Notes under the pieces: generated by a model
Seen by the model: only the letters and a program-made list of their open reading frames with translations
Databases searched by the model: none
Told to the model about the DNA's origin: nothing
Made by a program: the position numbers and the translations under genes
NCBI GenBank assembly: GCA_050116575.1
Contig: JASFOJ010000007.1
Location: 18-64,017 of the forward strand
DNA: 64,000 nt
Reading direction: 5' to 3'
From: Gammaproteobacteria bacterium
GTDB taxonomy: Bacteria; Pseudomonadota; Gammaproteobacteria; SZUA-152
Shown here: in pieces, positions 38,303-49,530 of the stretch
Position numbering within the stretch: position 1 is the stretch's first letter
How the letters are laid out: every line of letters begins with the position of its first letter

Positions 38303-40000
38303 TCATTCGCCGCCAGATGCCATGGTTGATGCCCCATGCAACCGGTCATAGTTCTTATCGCGCAGTTGTTTGATAACACGGGCAACTTCTTCTTCGCTGG
38401 CACCCAGGTAATTCAATACTTCGGCTGAAAGCTGCAGACTGGCTTCCAATGCTTCCGGCACAATAACCTGCACGCCCAGTTCGTTGAACAGACGGCTGTC
38501 TTCTTCATCGTGAGCACGAACAAATACCGCCACATCCGGCGCGTTCTGGCGGATAGCACGCACGGTTTTTTCCACCGCCTGTTTTTGGTCCATGGCAATG
38601 ATGGCCAGCCTGGCTTTGTGACACCCCAGATGATGCAGAACGTCGGGCCGGGTGGCATCACCGTAGTAAACGGGCAAGTGGTTTTCGTGCGCACGTATGA
38701 CTGTCAACGCATCGTTGTCGATAGCCAGGTAAGGGACACCGCGCTCATGCAATACCCGGCTGATCTGCTCGCCGAAGCGGCCGTATCCCAGCACAAGAAC
38801 GGCGTTTTCAGTAGGTTTGGCATGACCTACCAGCGCATCACCCGGTACATCAGTTGATCCGTCGTGGGGCATTAATCGATGCGCCAGGCGAAACATCAGA
38901 GGGGTCGTCAGCATACTCGCGGCAACCACCAACGCCAGCATTTTAAATTCGGCGTCGCTAAACAACCCAAACACCGCAGCCGCTCCAAACAATACAAAAG
39001 CAAATTCCCCCGCCTGCGACAAATAAAAGGCGGCGCGCAACGCCTGGCCGTGCGTCAGGGAAAACAGCCGGGCGACGGGATAAAATATAATAATCTTGAT
39101 CGACAACAGTGCCGCCACCATGCCAATGATCAGCCACGGCTCAGAGACTAGTAACTTCAGGTCAATGAGCATCCCCACCGCCATAAAAAACAGTCCCAGC
39201 AGCAGACCCCGGAACCGTTCCAGATCCGCGGTAATTTGATGGCGAAATTCCGAATCCGATAACAGAATACCGGCAAGAAACGCCCCCAGCGCCATGGATA
39301 AACCGGTGTGTTCCATCAACCAACCGGTGCCCAATACCAGCAGTACCGCAGTCGCTGTGAATATTTCCTGGTTATCCGACGCGGCAATATGTTTGAACAA
39401 CGGCCGAATAGCGTAACGCCCCACGAAAATGACCAGTATCAGCGCCCCCATACCTTCCAGGAATCCCAGGCCGATTTCCGGTCCCACCCGACCACTGCGT
39501 GGCGCAAATAGCTGCAACATTGCCAGCAAAGGAACCACCGCAAGGTCCTGCAATAACAATACACCCAATGTCGCGCGGCCTTCTTTCTTGGGCAGTATAT
39601 GTTGTTCGGCACACAACTGGAGAACAAAAGCGGTGGAGGAAAGCGCCAACCCAAAACCGATGACGATGGAGGGACGTGGATTGAATCCGGATAAATAGGC
39701 AATACCGCTAATGGACCAGCCCACAATCGCCACCTGGACCGTACCCAGACCAAATACCAGCTTGCGCATGGTCCACAATCGTTCGGGTTTGAGTTCCAGA
39801 CCGATCACAAACAGCAAAAACACGACACCCAATTCAGCGATATCGCGAATCTGCTCGACAAACTCGATGAGCCCTAACATCGCAGGTCCGACAATCAAAC
39901 CGGCGGCGAGATAACCCAGCACTGACCCCAGCCCCAGCCGCTGAAAGATCGGCACCACCAATACGGCGGCAATGAGAAGAATCAAAACATCGGCAAGCAT
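38303..40000 (-). CDS. CPA2 family K+/H+ antiporter, KefB/KefC-like with TrkA-N (RCK) domain
   Basis: 565 aa. A 12-13 TM Na_H_exchanger core is followed by the Rossmann motif VLVLGYGRFGEQISRVL. Confidence 0.88.
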   Translation of the reverse strand: MLADVLILLIAAVLVVPIFQRLGLGSVLGYLAAGLIVGPAMLGLIEFVEQIRDIAELGVVFLLFVIGLELKPERLWTMRKLVFGLGTVQVAIVGWSISGIAYLSGFNPRPSIVIGFGLALSSTAFVLQLCAEQHILPKKEGRATLGVLLLQDLAVVPLLAMLQLFAPRSGRVGPEIGLGFLEGMGALILVIFVGRYAIRPLFKHIAASDNQEIFTATAVLLVLGTGWLMEHTGLSMALGAFLAGILLSDSEFRHQITADLERFRGLLLGLFFMAVGMLIDLKLLVSEPWLIIGMVAALLSIKIIIFYPVARLFSLTHGQALRAAFYLSQAGEFAFVLFGAAAVFGLFSDAEFKMLALVVAASMLTTPLMFRLAHRLMPHDGSTDVPGDALVGHAKPTENAVLVLGYGRFGEQISRVLHERGVPYLAIDNDALTVIRAHENHLPVYYGDATRPDVLHHLGCHKARLAIIAMDQKQAVEKTVRAIRQNAPDVAVFVRAHDEEDSRLFNELGVQVIVPEALEASLQLSAEVLNYLGASEEEVARVIKQLRDKNYDRLHGASTMASGGE

Positions 40001-40570
40001 AACCAGTCCATGGGATATCCAAAATTTATTCGCAATGTCTTTTGCAAACTGCTAATCAAACAACTAGCTTAATATGAATGAGATATAAAGTCTTTAATCC
40101 CCGTCAAAGTACGATTCGTTGAATCCATATATTAAAAATTTTGCGTCAGTTAGTTAGCGCGAGTGTTTCTATCGCATCGTTACGACGATGATCCGCGTTT
40201 GCGGCAGTTATCCCTCACCCAACAGCGCTCCTGCTCCCGCCACGAGCGGCACAAATCCATTGTTTGACCAAATTCTCACTGGCCGGCAAACCCGCACAAA
40301 GCAAAGGTCTTTACCCTGTCATTGCATAATTAGTTTTACTAAGGCACAGTTCGGCTTGTACAGTGAGACACGCGTTGCCCTGTTGCACACGTTTGAGGGT
40401 TCGGCCCGGAGTGAATTACCAAAACTTTTTAATATTTACGTGATAATGCGTAATATTAAGACTCAAACTTTTTAATGGTTTGCATTTTTTTGCATCATCG
40501 CCATTGCTTGGCCCCATACTGATTTATAATCTTTCTCAAACCACAAGCGCCTCGATCGCATATTTTTGCC

Positions 40571-42076
40571 ATGAAATACACGCCCGCAACATTGCCACTA
40601 AGCCAATCATTTTCAACATTAGGCGAAGCCTATTTCAGCCGGGTCAATCCCACGCCGTTTAAAACACCGGTTCGACTGGTGCACTTCAATGAAAGCGCTG
40701 CAGAGCTGTTGGATCTGGACCCTTCACTGCACCTTAGCGCCGAGGGCGCCCGACAAATCGCCGATGTTTTCTCCGCCCAAAAACCGTTAGCGGGGGCCGA
40801 TCCCTTTGCCATGTTGTATGCCGGTCACCAGTTTGGACACTATGTTCCCCAATTGGGTGACGGGCGCGCCATCGTTCTTGGCGAAACCATCAATAATCGC
40901 GGTGAAAATTGGGAAATCCAGTTAAAAGGCAGTGGAATCACTCCCTATTCCCGTGACGGCGACGGCCGCGCCGTACTACGTTCGACCATTCGCGAATACT
41001 TATGCAGCGAAGCCATGCACGCCCTGGGTATACCCACAACCCGGGCATTATGTATCATTGGCAGCGACGATGAAGTCTATCGTGAGACTATTGAATCGGG
41101 CGCCATGATGACCCGGCTGGCGCCCAGCCACATTCGTTTTGGATCCTTTGAAGTGTTTTATTACCGCAATCAGTTTGACCACATACGCACGCTCGCTGAT
41201 TTTGTCCTCGAGCATCACTTTCCACACTTAAATGACGACGAAAACTGCTATGCCAATTGGCTTGAGACTGTTGTTGAACGCACCGCGTCACTGATCGCCC
41301 AATGGCAGACAGTAGGGTTTTGCCACGGTGTAATGAACAGCGACAATATGTCCATTTTGGGATTAACCATTGACTATGGGCCGTTTGGATTTATGGAGGC
41401 CTATGATCCCGGTTATATCTGTAACCACTCTGATCACCACGGGCGATATGCCTATGACCGGCAACCTGACATCGGGCTGTTTAACTTGACCTGCTTCGCC
41501 CAGGCCATATTGCCGCTACTCAGTGATGAACCGGAACAAGCTGTGGATATCGCCAAAGACAAACTGGCAACATACCACCAACAATACGCCAAACACTATG
41601 CCAGCGGCATGCGCGCCAAACTAGGCCTGACGCGATCCATGGCTGAAGACCAGTGCCTGGTTGATGACCTGCTTGCCCTGATGACCGAGGACAGGGTGGA
41701 TTTTACCATTTTATTCCGCCAACTATGCGCATTTTCCACGGACAACAGTAACCACAATCAAGCCATTAGGGGTTTGTTTATCCAGCGCGAGCGTTATGAT
41801 CAATGGGCACAACGATACCGGCAACGGTTATCGAAAGAAACCTCGGCTGATCATCAGCGGCTGCAGCGCATGAGGCAAACCAACCCTAAATACGTGTTGC
41901 GTAATTACCTGGCGGAAATCGCCATTCGCAAGGCTGAAGATGATCAGGACTACAGTGAAATCGATCGTCTGCTTAACCTGTTGCAACACCCTTTTGACGA
42001 GAACCCGGAATACGAATCCTACGCCGGATTTCCCCCGCAATGGGCAAACCGGATAACGGTGAGTTGTTCCTCCTGA
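40571..42076 (+). CDS. selO: protein adenylyltransferase SelO (YdiU)
   Basis: 501 aa. Contains YAGHQFGHYVPQLGDGRAIVLGE, LKGSGITPYSR and the HGVMNSDNMSILGLTIDYGPFGF pseudokinase signatures. Confidence 0.9.
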   Translation: MKYTPATLPLSQSFSTLGEAYFSRVNPTPFKTPVRLVHFNESAAELLDLDPSLHLSAEGARQIADVFSAQKPLAGADPFAMLYAGHQFGHYVPQLGDGRAIVLGETINNRGENWEIQLKGSGITPYSRDGDGRAVLRSTIREYLCSEAMHALGIPTTRALCIIGSDDEVYRETIESGAMMTRLAPSHIRFGSFEVFYYRNQFDHIRTLADFVLEHHFPHLNDDENCYANWLETVVERTASLIAQWQTVGFCHGVMNSDNMSILGLTIDYGPFGFMEAYDPGYICNHSDHHGRYAYDRQPDIGLFNLTCFAQAILPLLSDEPEQAVDIAKDKLATYHQQYAKHYASGMRAKLGLTRSMAEDQCLVDDLLALMTEDRVDFTILFRQLCAFSTDNSNHNQAIRGLFIQRERYDQWAQRYRQRLSKETSADHQRLQRMRQTNPKYVLRNYLAEIAIRKAEDDQDYSEIDRLLNLLQHPFDENPEYESYAGFPPQWANRITVSCSS

Positions 42077-42598
42077 CACTGATCGGGCCGCTTTCCTTCC
42101 CCCTGTCATGATACATCGACCCGGCAAATCCGGGGATCTTATTGGCCAAGCAAAAGAACTTCACGACTAAAAAATATGGAATCCTGCGACTCTGTCACTG
42201 AAGTTGCCCCATTTGCCACCGGTGCTCAACGCTGTGTGCAGGGTTCCTCTGTGTTAAGTTATTATTAAATAAGCCGTACTTACTTATGTTATGTTTTTCG
42301 AAAATCGGCTCTCGAAACCGTTAACGCTGAAGTTCTCATCAGAGTCGCACACACCAAACGGGTTCTACGCTTCCACAGCAGTTTCTACCACGATCATCAT
42401 CCATCCTGCGCCCAGATTTAAATCAAATTTTTTAAAATCGTTTTTCGCACAGTCATAAGTGACAAAAAACGTCAACAACAAACACGGACAAATCAAAGAC
42501 CTATCCCGTAGTCACAAACCTATCAGCTATAAATATTTTCCGTTCGCGGCCGAAATAGTCATGGATGCAGTAAGTGAATGTACTAAATTTGCCCCCTG

Positions 42599-43861
42599 AT
42601 GAGCGAGCCTGTTGAAAATCTTATAAAAATAAATGTCGATGAACTGACAGAAGGTATGTATGTTTCCAGGCTGGACCGGCCCTGGATCGATACGCCGTTT
42701 ATGTTCCAGGGGTTTCGCATCGAATCGGGTAATGATATCGACGAAATAAAACGCCACTGTAAATTCGTATTCATTGACACAGACAAATCCGACTATCAGC
42801 ATCTGCGTGGCGTATTTGCACCAGCGCGTCGTCCCGCTTCCCCGGCTCCCACTTCCCAGGTTACTGGCACCCCATCACCTACCAGACACGAATTCAAGCA
42901 CTATATGCAAGATGCATTGAAAGTGCATGCGAAGGCAAAAAGTTATATCGACAATATGATGCAAACCGTTCGCGACGGCAAGGAAGTTAACGTTCGAGAA
43001 GTCAAAGCACTGGTTAGCGACCTGGCGAATGATATCGTGGAAAATCCGACAGCGCTTATCTGGTTGACTCAATTAAAAAACCGCGATGAATACACATCCA
43101 TACATTCGCTGAACGTCTGCATATTATCGTTATTTTTCGGGCGCAGCCTGCAGCTTGGCAGCCAACAACTCAACGAACTGGGCCTGGGGGCGTTGCTACA
43201 CGATATCGGTAAACTGCGGGTCCCGCTGGCAATACTGAACAAACCCGGCGCGCTAACCGACGAAGAATTTGAGATCATGAAAAAACACACCACGGACGGC
43301 TACAATTTGTTGAAAGACAAACCGGAAATAGGCCGGCCTTCACTGGACATCATCCAGCATCACCATGAGCGAATCGACGGTGGTGGTTACCCCTTTGGCC
43401 TGGAGGATGAGCAAATCGGCTTATACAGTAAAATTGTTAAAATTGTCGATGTCTATGATGCTGTCACCAGCAAACGCGCCTACCACAACGAGATCCCGCC
43501 TTACCATGCGCTAAATTGCATTTACTCGGAGCGCGATACGGCTTTCGATGAAAAACTCGTCCAACAGTTTTTAAAACACATGGGCATCTACCCGGTGGGC
43601 AGTACCGTTGAACTCAGCACCGGCGAGATCGGAGTAGTCACCACGGTTAATGAAAAGCGTCATCTGACACCGACATTATTGCTGGTTTTGGATACACAAA
43701 AGCAACCGTTAAACCGATTCCGCTACATCAACCTGGCCAATGAGCGCTGGCAACATAACGAAAACCGTCCCCGTATCCAACAGGTTATAAATCCGGGTGA
43801 CTACGACCTGGATATTCCAAAAATATTCTCATCAGAAGCAATTTCCGTTGCCTACGCCTGA
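42599..43861 (+). CDS. HD-GYP domain c-di-GMP phosphodiesterase with DUF3391-like N-terminus
   Basis: 420 aa. Contains LHDIGK and HHERIDGGGYP (HD-GYP). The N-terminal LTEGMYVSRLDRPWIDTPF is typical of the DUF3391 module. Confidence 0.85.
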   Translation: MSEPVENLIKINVDELTEGMYVSRLDRPWIDTPFMFQGFRIESGNDIDEIKRHCKFVFIDTDKSDYQHLRGVFAPARRPASPAPTSQVTGTPSPTRHEFKHYMQDALKVHAKAKSYIDNMMQTVRDGKEVNVREVKALVSDLANDIVENPTALIWLTQLKNRDEYTSIHSLNVCILSLFFGRSLQLGSQQLNELGLGALLHDIGKLRVPLAILNKPGALTDEEFEIMKKHTTDGYNLLKDKPEIGRPSLDIIQHHHERIDGGGYPFGLEDEQIGLYSKIVKIVDVYDAVTSKRAYHNEIPPYHALNCIYSERDTAFDEKLVQQFLKHMGIYPVGSTVELSTGEIGVVTTVNEKRHLTPTLLLVLDTQKQPLNRFRYINLANERWQHNENRPRIQQVINPGDYDLDIPKIFSSEAISVAYA

Positions 43862-44232
43862 TCGTATGTAATCGCTGTCAACGGCCTGTCAGGGAACCGA
43901 GCGCACGCTAGATAGAATGCTCCCGCACTTTGGAAGTATACTGACGGCCATGACGAGATATAACGCTTAACCCACCACTCGGCCGGGGAAACCTACTCCG
44001 TACCTGTTTTATCGCTCCAATAACATAATTGCTGTAGGGCTATTGAAGCGAAGCTTAGTTAGTATGCGGTAATCGACCCCCGGATTTACGTAGCCAATCG
44101 ATTTAATTGATTATAACGGATCGCCAGGAATCCTTGCTGACGCTGAACGGACCGTCAAATTACTGATATTTTATTCTTTGGTAAAAACCACTATAGTTTA
44201 GTCGGTTTTCCACTGTTCACTTTGTTACCCGC

Positions 44233-46626
44233 ATGCATAACTTTTTGTTTATCGTAGGAAGATTCTACCGCAGTGCCGCTATCTGTCTGCTAGTGGTCGT
44301 TGCTGCGCGTGCTGGCGCCGCCCCCCAAAAATTAATCGTGGGCACCTGGAACAATCGCCCGATTGTTTTTCGCGACGCCTCGGGTGAAATCAAAGGTCTG
44401 GGTGTAGATATCCTCAAACGGGTGGCCGCTGAACAGGGATGGCAATTGGTGTTTAAACATGGAACCTGGGCCGACGAATACGAAGCACTGCAAGAAGGCT
44501 CCATCGACCTGCTGATCGCCATAGCCTATACACCGGAAAGGGACAAAATTCTTGACTACCCCGATCAAACATTAATTAACAATTGGGGGGTCGTCTACCA
44601 GAGCACCACCAATGACATCAGTTCAATGCAGGATCTGCAAGACAAACGGGTTGCCCTGGTTACCAAGTTGATTCATAGCAAAGTATTCAATGATTTGATG
44701 GAAAAATTCAACTTTCCATTTGAGCCCGTACCGGCGAAAGACTTCGAAGAGGTTCTGCAATTACTCGAAGACGGCAAAGCCGATGCCGGTGTCATCAACC
44801 GGGTCGTCAGCATCATGCGCGCCGATCAATATCATGTCAAACCCACTTCCATCATATTTAATCCGGTACAGGTTCGAATCGCGACGCGTCAGGGTCAACA
44901 CGCGGACGTAATCAAAGCAATTGATGACTACCTGCTGACGGCAAAAGCCGACAGCAACTCCTATTATTATCATTCCGTTAATAAATGGTTGAAAAGCCGT
45001 AGTAACGAAATCGATTACCGCTGGATTTTTCCATTTTTTGGCATAGCGATTATTATACTGTTTCTCGCAGCTGGTTATATTTATCTGGTTCGCCGTGAGG
45101 TCAAACGGCGCACTGCCCAACTAACGGAAAGTGAAAGCCGTTTCCGGCAAATGGCGGAAAATATCAATGCCGTATTCTGGATTTTTTCCGCGGACTGGAA
45201 CGAGACTATCTACGTCAGTCCCGGTTTTGAGAAAATCTGGGGATTGCCCCGAAGCACAATGTATGCTGATGCGCATTCGTGGCTCGACAATGTTCATCCC
45301 GATGATCGCAATATGGTTTTGGACGAAATACGCCGAAAGACACCCCCCGATGCGGCCAGTCCCTCATTTCGCGAATACCGTATTATCCGTCCCGACAGCC
45401 GGGAGTGTTGGATATCCAGCCGCGCCTATCCCGTCTATGACAAAAACGGCGAAATATTTCGAATAGCCGGTATATCGGAAGATATTACCGACCGAAAGAA
45501 TGCTGAACTCGGGCTGGCGCGTAGCAAAGCGGAATTCGAGGCAATATTCCGATCCATTAGTGATGTCGTACTGTACGGCGATCTCAATCGTCGCCTGGTA
45601 TTAACCAATCCTGCCATAAAAACGATATTTGGATATACACCGGAAGAAGTGATTGGCAAAAGCACAAAAATTCTATACGCCGATGAAGCTGATTTCGAAG
45701 AACAGGGCATGCGCCAGTTTGACGCTACCAGCGATATTACAAATGCCACCTATGAACTGCGCTACCGGCGCAAGGACGGCGGTACATTCATCGGTGAAAC
45801 TTTCGGTTCGAAAATATTCGATGATGACGGCAACGCAATTGCGTTTATTGGCGTTATACGCGACGTCAGTGAACGTAAAAAGGTTGAACAGGAACTGCTG
45901 CGACATCGTGACCACCTGGAAGAGTTGGTAACAGAGCGTACCACGGAACTCAGCAACCTGAACCAGGAACTGGAGGCATTCAGCTATTCCGTCTCCCATG
46001 ACTTGCGCGCACCGTTGAGGTCGATCAACGGATTCAGTACCTTGTTGGCCGACGAATACAAGGATGGACTCGACGATGTTGGCAAAGACTACCTAATGCG
46101 CATTATATCCGCCAGCGTTAAGATGGAACGTTTAATCGACGACTTACTGCAAATCTCCCAGGTCTCCCGCGCCGACCTGCAAAAGAACGACATTGATCTG
46201 TCGGCCATGGCCGAGGAAATCCTCACGGCCTTGCAAAATGAAAACCCGGAACGCGATGTTGAATGTGAAGTCGAAAAGGGACTGCACATCAACGGTGACA
46301 GAACCCTGGTTTACGCCATGATGCAAAACCTGCTGGATAATGCCTGGAAATATACCGCCAAAACAGACCACGCGAAAATAAAGTTTTATCGTCAATCGGT
46401 CAACGGTAAATCGGGCGTTTTCTGCATCGAGGACAATGGCACCGGATTTGATATGCAATATAAAGACAAGATATTTCAACCCTTTCAACGATTACATACA
46501 GACCAGGAATTTGAAGGTACTGGCATCGGTCTTGCCACCGTCAATCGCGTTATTCATCGCCATGCCGGACAAGTGTGGGCGGTATCCAAAATTAATGAGG
46601 GGAGCTGTTTTTATTTTCGGTTGTAA
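44233..46626 (+). CDS. sensor histidine kinase: periplasmic SBP_bac_3-like domain, TM, two PAS domains, HisKA-HATPase
   Basis: 797 aa. A signal/TM segment is followed by an amino-acid-binding-protein-like region, a second TM helix, PAS segments, the H-box SHDLRAPL, and G-boxes DNGTGF and GTGIGL. Confidence 0.85.
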   Translation: MHNFLFIVGRFYRSAAICLLVVVAARAGAAPQKLIVGTWNNRPIVFRDASGEIKGLGVDILKRVAAEQGWQLVFKHGTWADEYEALQEGSIDLLIAIAYTPERDKILDYPDQTLINNWGVVYQSTTNDISSMQDLQDKRVALVTKLIHSKVFNDLMEKFNFPFEPVPAKDFEEVLQLLEDGKADAGVINRVVSIMRADQYHVKPTSIIFNPVQVRIATRQGQHADVIKAIDDYLLTAKADSNSYYYHSVNKWLKSRSNEIDYRWIFPFFGIAIIILFLAAGYIYLVRREVKRRTAQLTESESRFRQMAENINAVFWIFSADWNETIYVSPGFEKIWGLPRSTMYADAHSWLDNVHPDDRNMVLDEIRRKTPPDAASPSFREYRIIRPDSRECWISSRAYPVYDKNGEIFRIAGISEDITDRKNAELGLARSKAEFEAIFRSISDVVLYGDLNRRLVLTNPAIKTIFGYTPEEVIGKSTKILYADEADFEEQGMRQFDATSDITNATYELRYRRKDGGTFIGETFGSKIFDDDGNAIAFIGVIRDVSERKKVEQELLRHRDHLEELVTERTTELSNLNQELEAFSYSVSHDLRAPLRSINGFSTLLADEYKDGLDDVGKDYLMRIISASVKMERLIDDLLQISQVSRADLQKNDIDLSAMAEEILTALQNENPERDVECEVEKGLHINGDRTLVYAMMQNLLDNAWKYTAKTDHAKIKFYRQSVNGKSGVFCIEDNGTGFDMQYKDKIFQPFQRLHTDQEFEGTGIGLATVNRVIHRHAGQVWAVSKINEGSCFYFRL

Positions 46627-46717
46627 TACAACCTCAAATAGTAATGCAAGCCTGCGCGGGTATAGGGAGACCTAAACAGGAAAACAAAAATCTACCCGGC
46701 TCTAACGATACTTCCAA

Positions 46718-47455
46718 TCAACGGGCAACATATGTCTCGGCTGTACCGGCAGCCGTCCGGGATTGGGACGATGGCCCGCTGACTGCTTCCTTACCCAGTT
46801 CGGGTTCGACAATTTGGACCAGAAATTTCCAATGCATACTGATGCCCACGATAACCGCAATGTGGAATATTTCGTGGGGGCCCACTACGTGACTTATGAG
46901 TACCGGATGACCAATGAAATCCAGCGCTGCGCCAACCGTATAGGCAATGGCACCGTAGACCAACGGTTTAAGATAATGCCAGCCATATTTACGAAACAAC
47001 AAATACCCTGATAGCGCCCCCATCCACCCAAGCCCCAGGTAAAATATCAGTCCCAGCCACTCGGGAATATCTGTAAAAAAAATCGTTTTCAGTGTTATGC
47101 CGGTGATTGCGATAGTCCAGATGAGAAACAAAAATCCCCATCGCATCAAACCGCGAAACAAAAGTCCGTGAACCGGTGTAAAAGTGCCTGCTATCAGGAA
47201 AAATATCCCGGCATGATCGAGCCGCTGCAACACGGCACGTCCCGTGGTCGCCGGTGTTAACAAATGATAGACACCACTCATGGACAAGGTAAAAATTATC
47301 GCAAAAATAAAAACGGACATGGCTGCAATATATCGGGGCTTATCTCGGTGACCGTATAGCAGCCACATTCCCATAACCAAAAATACGCCAGCGCCCAGCA
47401 AATGTGTCATCGAACTAAACGGGTCGCTAAATCCCAAGAACTCTGTGGTGATCAA
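46718..47455 (-). CDS. hemolysin III / PAQR family membrane protein
   Basis: 245 aa with 7 TM helices. N-terminal SSMTHLLG motif and C-terminal His pair (GPHEIFHIAVIVGISMHW). Confidence 0.82.
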   Translation of the reverse strand: MITTEFLGFSDPFSSMTHLLGAGVFLVMGMWLLYGHRDKPRYIAAMSVFIFAIIFTLSMSGVYHLLTPATTGRAVLQRLDHAGIFFLIAGTFTPVHGLLFRGLMRWGFLFLIWTIAITGITLKTIFFTDIPEWLGLIFYLGLGWMGALSGYLLFRKYGWHYLKPLVYGAIAYTVGAALDFIGHPVLISHVVGPHEIFHIAVIVGISMHWKFLVQIVEPELGKEAVSGPSSQSRTAAGTAETYVAR

Positions 47456-47745
47456 ACCGATTTACTCCATTGGCATTGCAACAAATAATGCACCGATATA
47501 TGCCTGCAGACCATCGTTGCAGGACATCAATCAAACATTATGATGCCATCAAATGAGATAAGATTTCAAACGGGGAAACGACGAGAAAACGACAATATCT
47601 TATAAGAGCTTAATTTTTAATAACAAAGTAAATTAATGCCCCCGAGAACAATAAGTTCGTTCCACGAGTACCTGTTGAAATTGTTCCCGCAGACAAGCGG
47701 AGTCAATGCGGGATGTCTTCAAGGGCGGATGTTTAATAATCAACC

Positions 47746-48798
47746 CTAAAATTGAGATTCAACGACAGATTTCCGCGCGTGATTGCGACTCGATAAACTC
47801 TTATCCGGCTGCCCGATCGTAAAATAAATGGTGGTACCTTTATTTTGTTTGGAATTGGCCCATACACGCCCACCGTGCTTCTCGATAATCCGTTTCACGG
47901 TCGCAAGTCCGATACCCGTCCCCGGGAATTCCTCATTGTGGTGCAGCCGCTGAAAAGGCATAAAGAGTTTGTTTTTGTAGCGCGGATTAAAACCGACGCC
48001 ATTGTCCTTAACATAATAGACTGTTTTTCCATCGATCAACGTTCTGGCAAACTGTATCTTGGGGCTTTCCTTTTTGCTACTGAATTTCCACGCATTGCCC
48101 AGCAGGTTATCCAACACAACGTCCAGCAACGACAGATCGGCGTTCACCTCGACACCCGGCTCAACTACGATGTCGACTTTGCGATCCGGGTCCTGTTGCC
48201 GCAGCTTTTCGGTCACCGACTCGGCCAGTTTTGACAAATTAATCTTTTTTGGTCGAAATTTACTGCGGGAAATCCGTGAAAGCTCCAGCAAATCATCGAT
48301 CAAATTGCCCATGCGTTGCGCCGCTTCCCGGACCCTTCGCAGACATTCCACCTCTTCTTCGGTAAGCCTGTTACCGGCGTCTTCATATAACATATTACTG
48401 AAGCCGTCTATTGTACGCAGCGGCGCCCGCAAGTCATGCGAAACCGAGTAAGCAAAAGACTCCAACTCCCGGGCGCGTTCGTCGAGCAAATGGTTATTTC
48501 TCAACGCCTCCCAATATTGCCTGTTGAGCTGCTTAGCGATATGCAGGAGAAAAATCAAATAAGTCCCGAATAAAAACGTGACCGCGAGCGACTCATGGGA
48601 TCCGGCATAGACGGTGGCTGTCAATGAGGGAGTAAACATAACCAATAAATATGCGGTTACCGCCACCAGATCAATGGAGAGCGCTGTAACGGCGCCGGCG
48701 GAAAAAGCGGCGGCACTCAGGCAGGTAACCATAGTCGTCCAGTTCCAGCCATAGTATTGAATTGACAGCATACTAAGGATTCCCCAGGCTAACCACAC
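47746..48798 (-). CDS. membrane histidine kinase (HisKA-HATPase)
   Basis: 350 aa. N-terminal TM helices, then ELESFAYSVSHDLRAPL (H-box), DNGVGF and GTGIGLATV. The catalytic core is paralogous to the 44233-46626 kinase. Confidence 0.8.
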   Translation of the reverse strand: MWLAWGILSMLSIQYYGWNWTTMVTCLSAAAFSAGAVTALSIDLVAVTAYLLVMFTPSLTATVYAGSHESLAVTFLFGTYLIFLLHIAKQLNRQYWEALRNNHLLDERARELESFAYSVSHDLRAPLRTIDGFSNMLYEDAGNRLTEEEVECLRRVREAAQRMGNLIDDLLELSRISRSKFRPKKINLSKLAESVTEKLRQQDPDRKVDIVVEPGVEVNADLSLLDVVLDNLLGNAWKFSSKKESPKIQFARTLIDGKTVYYVKDNGVGFNPRYKNKLFMPFQRLHHNEEFPGTGIGLATVKRIIEKHGGRVWANSKQNKGTTIYFTIGQPDKSLSSRNHARKSVVESQF

Positions 48799-49054
48799 TC
48801 GCCCGGCTTATCCTTCGCCATGTCTTTGAGTTGAATTGATAAAACTTGTGAAACGAAAATGCGCATATAGCACGCGCAACCGTTGCAATGAGAATCAAAG
48901 CACCGATCGTTGCGAACATCCTGGGATGATCTGCTGCGTAAGGAGTAAAAACACCGATGATGCCGTAAATTACCGGATAGGCAAGCACCCCGGAGCGCGA
49001 ACGTTGAGCAAATTCAGCAGCTGCCTGATTTTCAAGAACCACGGTGTCCGGCAT
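48773..49054 (-). CDS. 93-aa membrane ORF, probably the 5' part of the kinase gene displaced by one frame
   Basis: It has two or three TM helices. It ends 26 nt inside the downstream kinase ORF in a different frame. The kinase frame is closed by a TAA only four codons upstream of its GTG. Confidence 0.4.
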   Translation of the reverse strand: MPDTVVLENQAAAEFAQRSRSGVLAYPVIYGIIGVFTPYAADHPRMFATIGALILIATVARAICAFSFHKFYQFNSKTWRRISRASVVSLGNP

Positions 49055-49530
49055 AATGCCCCGATCCTTAGTGTTTTAATGGTTTGTAAAAACCACTCTA
49101 TCCATACCGATAAAACCTATCGACTGAACTGCTCCTGTATTATTTACAGCTTTATTATGGAAACTCACCAAAATGGCATTATGCAGACCTGCAATAGCGA
49201 GTAACCATCGATAACTTTACCTCGTTAATGCAAAACATCCCGTAAAGCCGTAGTATATCCTGCAACACAGGTATTCAATTCGTTTTTTGTAGTGAATATG
49301 AGGATTTCATCCCAGGCGAACTCCTCAAACGTAGAACAGATTTGCGGGAAAACATGCATTTATACCCAATGATACTGAATCATCGTTTTCCATTTATGCA
49401 ATAACGTAATTAACTAAATTAACAAAGCACGGTGTTTCGGACCGTACGTATTTATACTAATATAGTACTATTATTACTAAAAAAGCCGTCGTTGATCCAT
49501 CGCGAACAATCCATTGACTGTCCTTTAGCT

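Noticed and set aside
40188-40475. 95-aa ORF in the 570-bp kefC-selO spacer, and other spacer ORFs (34046-34303, 51313-51495, 51430-51630)
   Set aside because: They have no ribosome-binding sites, implausible composition (Cys/Arg/Ser-rich) and no motifs. I treated them as non-coding promoter/leader DNA.
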